Numbered from the stretch's first letter, positions 1-8,887 are shown. The stretch: 20,000 nucleotides of DNA from an uncultured virus (IMG/VR IMGVR_UViG_3300025133_000070) (IMGVR_UViG_3300025133_000070), one strand, 5' to 3'. The notes: generated by a model not told the origin, from the sequence alone. Made by a program: numbers and translations.

Positions 1-14
1 TGTCTGTTTGTCAT
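1..14 (-). CDS. 5' end of next gene (MTNR...), truncated by window edge
   Basis: TAATG overlap: ATG at 12-14 overlaps the TAA stop of the 595-aa ORF, the same coupling seen at 1801 and 11730. Only 4 codons visible. Confidence 0.4.
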
Positions 15-1801
15 TATTTATCCGTAAGGTCTGTATGGGAGCCTCCTGCGACTGCCTCTGCTGCTGCTTTTGCTCGTTGTACGTTTGCTTCTCTTAGCTC
101 CTCTAGCATCTCTTCTGCGGTGGTGTCTCTTCCAACCCCAAGAATACCTTCAATGCTTCGTCCAAGCATATTAGCTGTTTGATCTAAGAACTCTGGGGTT
201 GTTTTAATTTCTGGGGCCGTATTTATTGCTGTTTCTGCTGAAGACTCTTTAATATCTTCTGTAAGTCCCATAGTTTCTTTATCGATTTTTATTTGCGTTT
301 TAAGAGCCCCCATAAGCTCACTATGATTCATATTATCAATACTGTTTTCCTCATCTTTAGCCTTCTTCGCAGCCGCTAACTCTTTATTCTTTTTTCTATT
401 TGCTTCGTTTTCTAAAGTTGTAAGCTTAAGAGATTCTCCAAACTCAGCGAGACTGTCATTGAAGGGGATAAGATCCCCCAAAAAAATAAGCAGTTCAGCA
501 AACCCTAATTTTAGTTTATCCACAGACCAATTCAGTGCCTCCATCATTATGGCCCCAACTTCAAAATGTTGAAATAAAGCAACAACCAAACCTATAGCTG
601 CTCCTATTGCTAGGAAAGGCCAAATAATTGGAAATAATGCTATACCCAAACCAACAGCCATCGCAGTTAAAGTAGCTAGGGCTGCAACCAAAAGAGGGAT
701 AGTGATATCAATAGCCAATTTAAACTTATCTTTAAGATCTCCGAATTTCTTTTTTATTTTATCAATCATTCCTGAAAAGCCTCCTAACTTTAGGAACACC
801 TTAGTTAGAGAATCCACCACAAGCATAACACCCTTTCTAAGTGTAGTTCCTATTACGATACCAATTCCCTTAATTATTGGGAAAAACTCCTTAAGCATCT
901 CCTGAAGAGGTATCATAATCTCATCTTTAATAACACTTAATTGCTGACCAAATGCTTCAGCATCAGCCCCCTCTTGTTTTACTCTTGTTCCAAAAGCCTC
1001 AGAAACCGTAGTGAAGTTAATCGCTGCTGGGCCAAAGGTGTCTGCTGCAACACCAAGAGACGCATAAAAGCCTTCTGCCCCTCCCCCAATTTCACTAAAC
1101 TTACTTGAGGCTGTTTTGAAAGCTTCTTCTAAAATTTTGGCTGCCTCTTCCGAATTCTTAGAAGCAGAAAGTTGTTCTCTAACTCCACCTATACCAAGCT
1201 TAGTTAGCCTTTCATAACCCTCCATGCTGGTATCCATAACCATAGTCATCACAGAGTTAAGTTGTTTATGCATACCTTGGGGTAGTTGGGCGGTTAACTC
1301 CACCATAGCACCCGTAACTTTATCTCCCATACCTGCCATAGCCTGAGCAGGGAAAGAGGCTTCTAAGGCAGTCATCGCAGTAACTAATTTATCAGTACTA
1401 ATTTGCCACTCTGCTCCAGTATCAACTAGACTACTTGATAATTTATTAGTTTGCTCTCTCGATAATCCAAGCTGGGCCTCCAAAGCAGCCATAGCTTTAG
1501 CTGTACTCGCTGATGCCGTTCCTGTTAGTCGCTGTTGGTTAATAAGCCTAGCGATTCCTTTAGTGTTTCCCTGAAGACCAACCTCCATACCAGCAATAGC
1601 ACCAGCAAACCTTTGGTTCATATCGCCCCGCAAACCTTCCATAGTACCACCAAGCTGGTCATTGGTTTGCTCAAAGGTCATGCCTAAAGCTAAACTAGCT
1701 TTTTCAGCTTTCTGAGCAAAATCCATGGCACCTTTAATCTGGGAGGTTAATCCCTCCATGGCTTTAGTTAAGCCACCTAGTACAAGATCTGATACTACCA
1801 T
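14..1801 (-). CDS. Tape-measure-like protein (595 aa)
   Basis: Ala/Gly/Leu/Met-rich, apparently all-helical, with a long hydrophobic Gly/Ala/Ile stretch (PLLVAALATLTAMAVGLGIALFPIIWPFLAIGAAIGLVVALF) typical of tape measure proteins. Length is similar to T4 gp29 (about 590 aa). Confidence 0.6.
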   Translation of the reverse strand: MVVSDLVLGGLTKAMEGLTSQIKGAMDFAQKAEKASLALGMTFEQTNDQLGGTMEGLRGDMNQRFAGAIAGMEVGLQGNTKGIARLINQQRLTGTASASTAKAMAALEAQLGLSREQTNKLSSSLVDTGAEWQISTDKLVTAMTALEASFPAQAMAGMGDKVTGAMVELTAQLPQGMHKQLNSVMTMVMDTSMEGYERLTKLGIGGVREQLSASKNSEEAAKILEEAFKTASSKFSEIGGGAEGFYASLGVAADTFGPAAINFTTVSEAFGTRVKQEGADAEAFGQQLSVIKDEIMIPLQEMLKEFFPIIKGIGIVIGTTLRKGVMLVVDSLTKVFLKLGGFSGMIDKIKKKFGDLKDKFKLAIDITIPLLVAALATLTAMAVGLGIALFPIIWPFLAIGAAIGLVVALFQHFEVGAIMMEALNWSVDKLKLGFAELLIFLGDLIPFNDSLAEFGESLKLTTLENEANRKKNKELAAAKKAKDEENSIDNMNHSELMGALKTQIKIDKETMGLTEDIKESSAETAINTAPEIKTTPEFLDQTANMLGRSIEGILGVGRDTTAEEMLEELREANVQRAKAAAEAVAGGSHTDLTDK

Positions 1802-2172
1802 TATGCTATTTTCCTAATTCGTCTGAGGGGTCCATAAATATTAGACATTATGTATGTTCTATAATTTTCTTCAGGGAGTTCCTTATTTTTATATAGAGTT
1901 TCTAGAGAATCTGGTGAATAATCTCCACCCTCAGGTATCTTAAACCCTGTTAATAGCTTATTTCCTGTTGCAGCATCTCTGGTAATAGGCTCAGTAAGCA
2001 AAAATAGCCTCTCGGCTCTACTGCCCTTTCCTATCCCTAGCTTGTATCTAAAGAATAATACATCCCCTGGGTCTGCACAGGAGTCCGATTTAGGGACCAT
2101 AGACACATCCATAGATGGATCTGCTCCAACAGATTTTAAAAAATCCTGAATTTGTTTTGAAAATTTAGCCAT
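1801..2172 (-). CDS. Hypothetical protein, weak resemblance to T4 gp2-like DNA end-protector family
   Basis: 123-aa ORF coupled by TAATG to the TMP-like gene. PGDVLFFRY...LLTGF...YRTYIMSNI resembles gp2-like motif spacing by eye only. Confidence 0.35.
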   Translation of the reverse strand: MAKFSKQIQDFLKSVGADPSMDVSMVPKSDSCADPGDVLFFRYKLGIGKGSRAERLFLLTEPITRDAATGNKLLTGFKIPEGGDYSPDSLETLYKNKELPEENYRTYIMSNIYGPLRRIRKIA

Positions 2173-2186
2173 GCTCTTATATTATA

Positions 2187-2194
2187 TATAAATA
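2187..2194 (+). promoter_or_regulatory. T4-type late promoter TATAAATA in a 35-bp divergent intergenic gap
   Basis: Exact match to the T4 late (gp55) consensus, 13 nt upstream of ATG 2208. AT-rich context makes a chance match possible. Confidence 0.45.
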
Positions 2195-2207
2195 TTAAGT
2201 TTAAACC

Positions 2208-2513
2208 ATGAGTGATAACCTAGACATAGAGATTATAGATTTTCTTGATTTGATAAATGAGACACTTAGTTACTCATTCATAGAAAAATGGAGACATAAG
2301 TATTCTGAAAAGTTTGTTAAGCATTTCCAGTTGAAGGTTCTGGATGCTATGAATAAACAGAAGCCAATCAAGCTTGAGATGCTTTATAATTATCTAACTA
2401 AGAAGTGTAAGTATTCACCAGATCAGGTGACTAACTTCTTTAGGTCGATAGAGATAGATATCTATCACCCTTTTATATATGGTACTTACCCTAAGACTTC
2501 TTCTTCTTCCTAG
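2208..2513 (+). CDS. Hypothetical protein (101 aa)
   Basis: Fills the gap between two minus-strand genes, normal composition, 23-nt convergent overlap with the nuclease gene. Confidence 0.7.
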   Translation: MSDNLDIEIIDFLDLINETLSYSFIEKWRHKYSEKFVKHFQLKVLDAMNKQKPIKLEMLYNYLTKKCKYSPDQVTNFFRSIEIDIYHPFIYGTYPKTSSSS

Positions 2514-3267
2514 CTTTTAATTCTTCTATCGTTTTCTGTACCTCATGCATGGTACAGAATTCAGGGCAAGCAGTCTTGTAGGCACACCAATTACAGAACT
2601 CGTTCCTGTTAGACCTCATCTCATCTTTCTTCTTCTTACGGATCTTCCAGACCTCATCTACGATCTTGCGTAAGTGAGCATTGATTTGAGGCACAGAGTA
2701 CTGTACATGGACGAAGTTATTGGTTAGTGGGTAGTAATGTGCAGCCACGATCTTAGAGATGGGAACCTCGTACAGCTTACTAATAGCATATACATAACCT
2801 TTTAGTTGGGTATCCTGATAAAGCTCAACTTTAGTCTTTTCCCTCTTAGAAGTCTTATAGTCGATAATAAGATATCCACCATCGTCACCCTTAATCACTC
2901 GGTCAATAATACCGTTCAAGGTGATATCGTCCTTTACGGGGACTTCGAAGACTACCTCGGTCCCTACGGTCTCTCCCAACTTTGCATTGAACTTAAGAAA
3001 ATTGTCAATACATCTTAAATCCTTGCCCTCATACTTCTTTGATACCTTGTATGAGCCCTTCACCTCTTCAGCGATCAACAGCATCTCATCTTGAGTCTTT
3101 GCGTTCACCCCGTCCTCTAGGACCTTGTGGATATAAGACCCAAAGTGGAGAGCTTCGGTGTTGGTCTCAGGAGGCTCAGGAAGACGCTCAACATACCGAT
3201 AACGGTATTTCAGTTGGCATTGTTTAAATGTCTGGAACTTAGATTCGGAAATTGTTTTTATGTACAT
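2491..3267 (-). CDS. PD-(D/E)XK nuclease, Cas4/AddB-like with predicted Fe-S cluster
   Basis: N-terminal S.S....F.QC..KY; GIIDRV...IIDYKT catalytic motif; QLKGY; C-terminal CNWCAYKTAC (1+3 Cys pattern). GAGGTG Shine-Dalgarno 5 nt before the ATG. Confidence 0.9.
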   Translation of the reverse strand: MYIKTISESKFQTFKQCQLKYRYRYVERLPEPPETNTEALHFGSYIHKVLEDGVNAKTQDEMLLIAEEVKGSYKVSKKYEGKDLRCIDNFLKFNAKLGETVGTEVVFEVPVKDDITLNGIIDRVIKGDDGGYLIIDYKTSKREKTKVELYQDTQLKGYVYAISKLYEVPISKIVAAHYYPLTNNFVHVQYSVPQINAHLRKIVDEVWKIRKKKKDEMRSNRNEFCNWCAYKTACPEFCTMHEVQKTIEELKARKKKKS

Positions 3268-4255
3268 AATAGCACCTCAGTTTATTAGAGACTATATTAC
3301 GCAGAACTTCAGGGATATTGGCAAACTCTCTGCTAGTGGGCGTGAGTTTATCATGGAGTCCTTGTTCGTGAATAACGACTGGAAGAAGCACATGAGCGTC
3401 AATGTAGATAGTGGTATGTGGCAGTGCTTTAAGACAGGAAGATCAGGAAACTTCACCAGACTTTATTCAGAAGTAGAAGGTGTTCCTTACTTCAGGGCTC
3501 AACGAGATCTTATTATTAGGAACTTTGAGTTCCTTGGGGAAGAGGTTCCCGAATTAGCTAGAACAGAGAATCAATTAGAGCTAGACACAAGCAAACTTAC
3601 TCCTATTACATTGAGGTCAGGACACTCAGAAGATAAAAAAATACTAGATGCGTGGAGCTTCATTTGGGGTAGGAAGCTATTCAATACTGACCATGAAGAA
3701 CTTGATGCCTTTTACTTATGTACTGACGGAAGATTTAAAGATCGGATTATTATTCCATTCAAAAGTGATGAAGGGGTGGTTTACTACTTCCAGGGCAGGG
3801 CATTGTATGATATGTCTCCTAAGTACTTGAACCCTTCTACAGAGATTGCTCCCAAACCTTCTGATATCCTGTATCCCTACTCTGAGAATATGGATCACCT
3901 AGTTGTCTGTGAGGGGCCTCTAGATGCTCGCTCCTTGCAACTTCAAGGAGTAAACGCTACAGCTACCATCGGAAGCTCTATTAGCCTACGACAAGCAGAG
4001 ATTTTGTCTACCTTCAAGGGGAAGATTATTCTAGGTTATGACAATGACGATGCTGGTCAACGAGGGGTTAGCAAATTTGATAGAACCAGAAAAGAATTGA
4101 GGATGGAAGGCTTTGAAGTCTGTCCTCCACCCTCAGGGTTTAAAGACTGGAACGAGGCTCATGTGGCAGATGAAGACTTATTCCAATGGGTTACGGAAAA
4201 GACCACTTCCTACGATTTCGAGTATCAGATTAGTAATCAACTAAATTTTGATTAA
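3260..4255 (+). CDS. DnaG-type (TOPRIM) DNA primase
   Basis: RIIIPF...YFQGR...PKYLN; TOPRIM motifs VVCEGPLDA, LGYDNDDAG, KDWNE; degenerate N-terminal zinc-binding domain (WQCFKTGRSGN). Confidence 0.9.
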   Translation: MYIIAPQFIRDYITQNFRDIGKLSASGREFIMESLFVNNDWKKHMSVNVDSGMWQCFKTGRSGNFTRLYSEVEGVPYFRAQRDLIIRNFEFLGEEVPELARTENQLELDTSKLTPITLRSGHSEDKKILDAWSFIWGRKLFNTDHEELDAFYLCTDGRFKDRIIIPFKSDEGVVYYFQGRALYDMSPKYLNPSTEIAPKPSDILYPYSENMDHLVVCEGPLDARSLQLQGVNATATIGSSISLRQAEILSTFKGKIILGYDNDDAGQRGVSKFDRTRKELRMEGFEVCPPPSGFKDWNEAHVADEDLFQWVTEKTTSYDFEYQISNQLNFD

Positions 4256-4793
4256 AGGTCGGACACTGTGTTTCACAAGCCATTAGCACTTGAGCAACAT
4301 GGGAACCTATGGTAGCTGAAGTATCATATGTGGGATTATATGCTCCTGGCAGCTTTCCAACAACAACATTTGATGTTTGTTGGCAGTTTGATTCTTTATC
4401 AGTATTAAGAACCCATTTTCTGCGGGTATAGCCAACAGCACTAGTAGTGAAAGTTCCAGAAAGACCTAATCCTCCAGTACTACTATCACTAAATAGCTGC
4501 AATCCTTGTCTTTGGTACAGCCCACTACAATAGGAAGCTTTTTCAAGTTCTTCCACTACCTGAACTGAGAAGTTAACATCCACATAACTATAAAGAACCT
4601 GAGGACAACCAGAAGCAACACCGTTAGATAAAGTAGGTGCAGTATCATAAACAAAGACCCTCTTCCACATCCCGTTGCCTACTTGTGTGTGGGTGTGCCA
4701 ATCTGCAAAGTCGCAAGAACTAGTGTCTCCAGAAGTGTTTAGCCCCGTTCCTGGGGCTCCCGCAATAGCTGTGGGGTTTAGTGTGGATACCAT
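4230..4793 (-). CDS. Hypothetical protein (187 aa), possibly virion-associated
   Basis: Ser/Thr/Gly/Val-rich; GAGG SD and CCTAGATA motif upstream; 26-nt convergent overlap with the primase gene. Confidence 0.65.
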   Translation of the reverse strand: MVSTLNPTAIAGAPGTGLNTSGDTSSCDFADWHTHTQVGNGMWKRVFVYDTAPTLSNGVASGCPQVLYSYVDVNFSVQVVEELEKASYCSGLYQRQGLQLFSDSSTGGLGLSGTFTTSAVGYTRRKWVLNTDKESNCQQTSNVVVGKLPGAYNPTYDTSATIGSHVAQVLMACETQCPTFNQNLVDY

Positions 4794-4811
4794 AATATTT
4801 TTCCTCTACCA

Positions 4812-4832
4812 TATCTAGGCTATCTCCTAGAT
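4812..4832. promoter_or_regulatory. CCTAGATA candidate late promoter (minus, 4812-4819) inside the inverted repeat ATCTAGG-N6-CCTAGAT
   Basis: Arms at 4813-4819 and 4826-4832; followed on the plus strand by GTTTTTT, so it may also act as a plus-strand terminator. Confidence 0.45.
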
Positions 4833-4857
4833 GTTTTTTAAAAAATATTATCTAAAT

Positions 4858-5841
4858 TCAACTAATAGTAAAATAGAACGGAGGAGTTACGAAGTCCTGG
4901 GTTAAATAAGAGTACTTAGCCACAATGATAAATGTCCCTGTGCCTAGGTTCCCCGGAGCATCTGTGTCAAAAGTATAAAGGATTGTATTATCTGTCGTAG
5001 TTGTGGCATCTTGATCAGCCGTAAAAAGGTTGGACCAAGCTGGTTGATTAACACTATCATCATTAACCCGTTTAATCATAATCTTAGGGTTAGTGATTTG
5101 ATAATCCTTCAAGATATTCTTGGTTTCTTCTGAAAGAGTACTATTCTGAACCGTAATATCGGTCGTAATCTTCATATCAATTTTTTCCCCATAACGAAGC
5201 TTCTTGTTGAGAAGTTTGTTACGAGTAGTAATCAGAAGGGGTTCTGTGATCGTAGTAAAGGTATCGTTATAGAGACTGAAGTTATTAATAAAGAGTTGGT
5301 ACTCAGAGGTATCAAAAAGTTTTACAGTCCAAACATCAATGTAGTCCTGAACAGAGGAAGCAGCGTTGGCTACTGTAATTCCGTTATTAAAAGGATATCT
5401 AATATTGTAACCACCTGACAAACTGATATTACCATCTAGAACAGCAACATAGTCTCCAACACCTACTCGGTAAATCCCACTTGCTTGGGGTCCTGGGACA
5501 TAAGCAGGGAACCACGCTGTATCGGCCAACTTATTGCTTGTTACTCTTACCGCTCCAGTATCGTCTAGAGACCACCCATCATGAGTATCTGGAGCAACCC
5601 CACCAGAAACCCCAAAGTTCATTAAAACTACAGAAGTAGCATCACTTTTGATTAACCCATCGTCAGTATCAACAATAGAGCTAGGGGAAGCATTAGATAA
5701 CTTAGCAAAGATAGTGCAAGCACTAACATCATAAGGATCAATAAATTCACCGTCATTAATAAATAGCGTTCTAATTGCTACTTTTCCACCCACGCTTGGA
5801 CGGTTAAATCTATCAACTAGCGTTACTTCGTTTAATTGCAT
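4858..5841 (-). CDS. Hypothetical, probably virion structural protein (327 aa)
   Basis: Thr/Asp/Val/Ile-rich with alternating beta-strand patterns; directly downstream of the baseplate/tail assembly gene. Confidence 0.65.
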   Translation of the reverse strand: MQLNEVTLVDRFNRPSVGGKVAIRTLFINDGEFIDPYDVSACTIFAKLSNASPSSIVDTDDGLIKSDATSVVLMNFGVSGGVAPDTHDGWSLDDTGAVRVTSNKLADTAWFPAYVPGPQASGIYRVGVGDYVAVLDGNISLSGGYNIRYPFNNGITVANAASSVQDYIDVWTVKLFDTSEYQLFINNFSLYNDTFTTITEPLLITTRNKLLNKKLRYGEKIDMKITTDITVQNSTLSEETKNILKDYQITNPKIMIKRVNDDSVNQPAWSNLFTADQDATTTTDNTILYTFDTDAPGNLGTGTFIIVAKYSYLTQDFVTPPFYFTIS

Positions 5842-6016
5842 CTTGTTCTCTCTCTAGATCTTCTCTTAGTAATTTTAAGAATATGGTTCTCTCTGTACGA
5901 GTCATAGTTTTTACATCGGAATATGTAAAATGCGCTCGTTTCACAAGTATATAGGCTTCTAGAAGAAGAGAATCGACATCAATTACTTCATCTAGTTCAC
6001 ATCGAAAAAATTTGCG
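5813..6016 (-). CDS. Unannotated -1-frame ORF: likely frameshift extension of the 5992-6738 gene (gpT / P2 E' / short gp51-like)
   Basis: Open from just after TGA 6017-6019 to TGA 5813-5815. Translation after the slip site: RCELDEVIDVDSLLLEAYILVKRAHFTYSDVKTMTRTERTIFLKLLREDLEREQDAIKRSNAS. Fills the 150-bp gap left by the ORF track; first GTG/ATG only at 5944/5905. Confidence 0.8.
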   Translation of the reverse strand, partial: RKFFRCELDEVIDVDSLLLEAYILVKRAHFTYSDVKTMTRTERTIFLKLLREDLEREQDAIKRSNAS

Positions 6017-6738
6017 TCAATTGGCAGATCTACGACCGACACCCCTCCGCAGTCCTTACAAATAAATTTAATCTTAGTGTCAACACCATATTCGGACTTT
6101 ATAGCATTTAAGATGGTTCTAACATCTTTGAGAGGAAGTTTATCCATCACTGCGGAAATAATGGACTTATCAGTATGTCCTTCGATCTCTGTCACAAACC
6201 GCCATAATTGATCTAGGGCCTGTTCTGTATCCATGAAAAGTCTTTCATCCTTCACTCTAGGTTGTCTAACTTTAATTTCTTTTTTTGCAATTGGTAGAGT
6301 AAAAGTGATAGGATCTTCAAAATCATCAGGAACAGGGTTTACATTAAGCTCAGAAAGCTTAACCGTTGTAGGGTTTTCAGCTTTACATTCTTGACATAAA
6401 AGGAGAGTATTGTAGTCATCACCATAGGAGATTTCTCTCAACTTCATAATTAAATAAAGCTTATCCATAGGAAGAAGATCCATTACTTTAATATTAGTAA
6501 CACATCTCTGTAAAACTAGGTTTACTGGGTCATCATTCTTTTTAGCCCCTACAATAGCTTTCTCATCCTCAAAGGTCATGGGCCGCACGGTAATTGGCAT
6601 ATCCTCATCTTCTAAAGTATAGGCTCTACACTCAGAGGGTAGTTGTACCTCTAGTGCTGTGTCCGAGGGCACCTCTTTCAGTAGGTCCTCAATAATTTTC
6701 TGCTTTGCAGCGTCAGCATTTGGATCGTTTGTTATCAT
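5992..6738 (-). CDS. T4 gp26/gp51-family baseplate hub assembly protein / tail assembly chaperone (248 aa)
   Basis: LPS...Y, VRPMTFEDEK, D..YL..KLR.ISYG and two CxxC (CQEC, CKDC); ends ANFFDVN. Two-fold internal repeat (RPMTFEDE / RQPRVKDE). Confidence 0.75.
   Translation of the reverse strand: MITNDPNADAAKQKIIEDLLKEVPSDTALEVQLPSECRAYTLEDEDMPITVRPMTFEDEKAIVGAKKNDDPVNLVLQRCVTNIKVMDLLPMDKLYLIMKLREISYGDDYNTLLLCQECKAENPTTVKLSELNVNPVPDDFEDPITFTLPIAKKEIKVRQPRVKDERLFMDTEQALDQLWRFVTEIEGHTDKSIISAVMDKLPLKDVRTILNAIKSEYGVDTKIKFICKDCGGVSVVDLPIDANFFDVN
6004..6013 (-). other. Candidate -1 ribosomal frameshift site A AAT TTT TTC
   Basis: Two overlapping X XXY YYZ heptamers (A AAU UUU and U UUU UUC) in the correct phase, three sense codons before the TAG; the -1 frame continues for 63 sense codons. 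Confidence 0.7.
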
Positions 6739-6757
6739 ATATAAACTCCATTAAGGG

Positions 6758-6777
6758 ATTATCTAAACTATAATAGT
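6758..6777. promoter_or_regulatory. Compact bidirectional promoter region
   Basis: Minus-strand TTTAGATAAT (6758-6767, identical to 4847-4856) abuts plus-strand TATAAT (6769-6774) within the dyad ACTAT-A-ATAGT; TATAAT ends 6 nt before ATG 6781 (leaderless geometry). Confidence 0.5.
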
Positions 6778-6780
6778 GTG

Positions 6781-8163
6781 ATGAAGATCCATGTAGATAC
6801 ATTAAATTCACGCATCGAGACGGATAATCCCGAACTTCTTCGTGCCCTATACGAGCGATACTCCTTTAAAATTCCAGGAGCAGAGTACTCGGCTGCCTAC
6901 AAAAGAAGGCAGTGGGATGGAAAAACACACTTTATTTCTAGATCAGGTGTTTTTAAATCAGGACTATTATGTAGTATTCTTGAAGATTTAAAGAAGATTG
7001 AGTGTGAACCAGAGATAGTAAACAATACTTGGAAGATATTAGTACCTGAAGATTTTTCTCCCCAGGACCACCAAATAGATGGATTTAAGTACTATGACTA
7101 CCAACAAGAGCTTATTGCTCTTGGCCTTCAAAATAAGCGCGGTATAATCCAATCCCCTACAGGTTCAGGTAAAACTTTAATTATGGCTGGGTTAATTAAA
7201 GCTTTAGCGGGACGAAAAATGGTTATTCTTTTCAATGCAAAACAATTACTCACACAAACTTATAAATTTCTTACTGACGATTGCGGAATTGATAATGTTG
7301 GTCTATGTTATGGTGAAGGTTATATTTACGGGGATATTATGCTTTGTACGATCCAAAGTATTGAAAAGATTCTCGATACACATCTGGAAGAAACTGAGGT
7401 GCTGATGGTGGATGAGTGTCATGAATTTGCTAACGGAAAAACTACACTAGCAGCCCTAAAAAGTTTTCCAAAGGCTTTGTATCGTCTAGGATTTACTGCT
7501 ACGCCTCCGAATGATCCCATCCCAAGGTATAACTTAGAAGGAACCCTAGGCAGCACTCTACAAGTTGTAAACACTGCTGATCTGGTAGACTCTGGGAAAC
7601 TCACAAAACCAATTATTCAAGTAATTCAAAGACCTTATTCTGCGAGTGGATTAGATGAAGACATGTCTTATTTGGATGTTTACGAAGAATATATTGTAAA
7701 CAATGAAGAAAGAAACAACAAAGTAAAGGAGATTGTAAATGACATCAAAAAACAAAACAAGCGAGCCCGTATCCTTATTCTTACCAAGTCGCTTGATCAC
7801 GGAAGAGCCTTGGAAGACTTACTTGGGGGACAGTGCGAATTCCTGGAAGGGGCTAATTCGGTCGGAGAGAGGTATAACGCTATATCTAGATTCAGAGGAT
7901 GCGGAGATTCTAGTATCCTCATTGGCACTAAAATCCTCCAAACGGGGATTAACATTGAGGAAATAACCCACTTTATTAATGCACGGGGTATGAAATCAGA
8001 GATAGCCACTCTTCAAGCTCTTGGGAGAGCATTAAGACGGCACGACAGTAAAGAAGTAGTATATATCTATGATTTCCTAGATCAAGAAAAATACCTAAGA
8101 GAACACTCCCTTTCCAGGAAGCGTCACTATGAAAAAGAAGGACATACTGTTAAAGTATGTTAA
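6781..8163 (+). CDS. uvsW: SF2 DNA helicase, UvsW-like
   Basis: YYDYQ Q-motif, SPTGSGKT, VDECH, TAT, TGINI, QALGRALR; N-terminal RRQWDGK typical of UvsW. Start at ATG 6781 or GTG 6778. Confidence 0.88.
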   Translation: MKIHVDTLNSRIETDNPELLRALYERYSFKIPGAEYSAAYKRRQWDGKTHFISRSGVFKSGLLCSILEDLKKIECEPEIVNNTWKILVPEDFSPQDHQIDGFKYYDYQQELIALGLQNKRGIIQSPTGSGKTLIMAGLIKALAGRKMVILFNAKQLLTQTYKFLTDDCGIDNVGLCYGEGYIYGDIMLCTIQSIEKILDTHLEETEVLMVDECHEFANGKTTLAALKSFPKALYRLGFTATPPNDPIPRYNLEGTLGSTLQVVNTADLVDSGKLTKPIIQVIQRPYSASGLDEDMSYLDVYEEYIVNNEERNNKVKEIVNDIKKQNKRARILILTKSLDHGRALEDLLGGQCEFLEGANSVGERYNAISRFRGCGDSSILIGTKILQTGINIEEITHFINARGMKSEIATLQALGRALRRHDSKEVVYIYDFLDQEKYLREHSLSRKRHYEKEGHTVKVC

Positions 8164-8170
8164 ATCAAAA

Positions 8171-8398
8171 ATGAAAACAAGACAATCAATAGAAAAGCAA
8201 GTATTTCAAATGTCAGAAGATGATCGAAATAATCTCCTGACATTAATTGAAGATATTAAACAAATTATAGATAAAAAAATGATTAGTGAAGCCACCCTCA
8301 CTAAACTAACAAATACTATAACCGTCCTAGGGTCTCTTAAAGATAATTATATGTGGCGACTACTTAGGGCTGCTAAACAGAACCACATGCTAGATTAG
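8171..8398 (+). CDS. Hypothetical protein (75 aa from ATG 8171)
   Basis: ATG 7 nt after the helicase stop is more plausible than the track start at 8129; helical composition. Confidence 0.6.
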   Translation: MKTRQSIEKQVFQMSEDDRNNLLTLIEDIKQIIDKKMISEATLTKLTNTITVLGSLKDNYMWRLLRAAKQNHMLD

Positions 8399-8637
8399 CT
8401 TTTCTTTTCACAGCAGTCTTCGCTTAAAACGACCTTTTCTGCTTTGCCCTTCCTAGCCTTCGGCATTCCCTCTGTACGGGATCCCCAGTCAGAGCGGTCC
8501 ATACCACGCATTCTCTCCATGATTGCACCACGGGCTCTCTCAGGGCCTCTACGGGACTGTCTGAGGTCGTTAGCCTTGGCAAGGAATAAAAACCCAACCA
8601 TAGCAAGTAAAATGTTCTCTTTCGTTAAATACTTCAT
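8395..8637 (-). CDS. Small protein with N-terminal signal/anchor and Arg/Gly-rich tail (80 aa)
   Basis: MKYLTKENILLAMVGFLFLAKA; GGAG SD; 1 nt after the preceding minus-strand gene. Confidence 0.6.
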   Translation of the reverse strand: MKYLTKENILLAMVGFLFLAKANDLRQSRRGPERARGAIMERMRGMDRSDWGSRTEGMPKARKGKAEKVVLSEDCCEKKS

Positions 8638-8638
8638 A

Positions 8639-8875
8639 TTAGTTCTCCAAGGTGGGAATTGTTATATCGGGGTTTCCCATTTTTAGTTTAAGACCCCAGT
8701 TTTCCATATCTCTCTTGGTCCACTGATCCTCCAGCTTCCCTTCCAACATATCCAGCTTATAATTGATACCATTAAGCTGAGTACTTATCCAGACCACCCC
8801 TCCACAGAGAGCGATAACCATACCTAATGGCATTAGTGTGTCCTTTGTTATAAATGTTTTTCTTTCTTGTGTCAT
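8639..8875 (-). CDS. Small single-TM protein with coiled coil (78 aa)
   Basis: LMPLGMVIALCGGVVWI hydrophobic segment followed by heptads; AAGGA SD. Confidence 0.65.
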   Translation of the reverse strand: MTQERKTFITKDTLMPLGMVIALCGGVVWISTQLNGINYKLDMLEGKLEDQWTKRDMENWGLKLKMGNPDITIPTLEN

Positions 8876-8887
8876 TAGGTTTTTCCT

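Noticed and set aside
5986..5994. Amber read-through or stop-codon reassignment
   Set aside because: Reading through TAG gives only ATG AAG TAA. Conserved genes are intact in the standard code and TAA, TAG and TGA all end genes.
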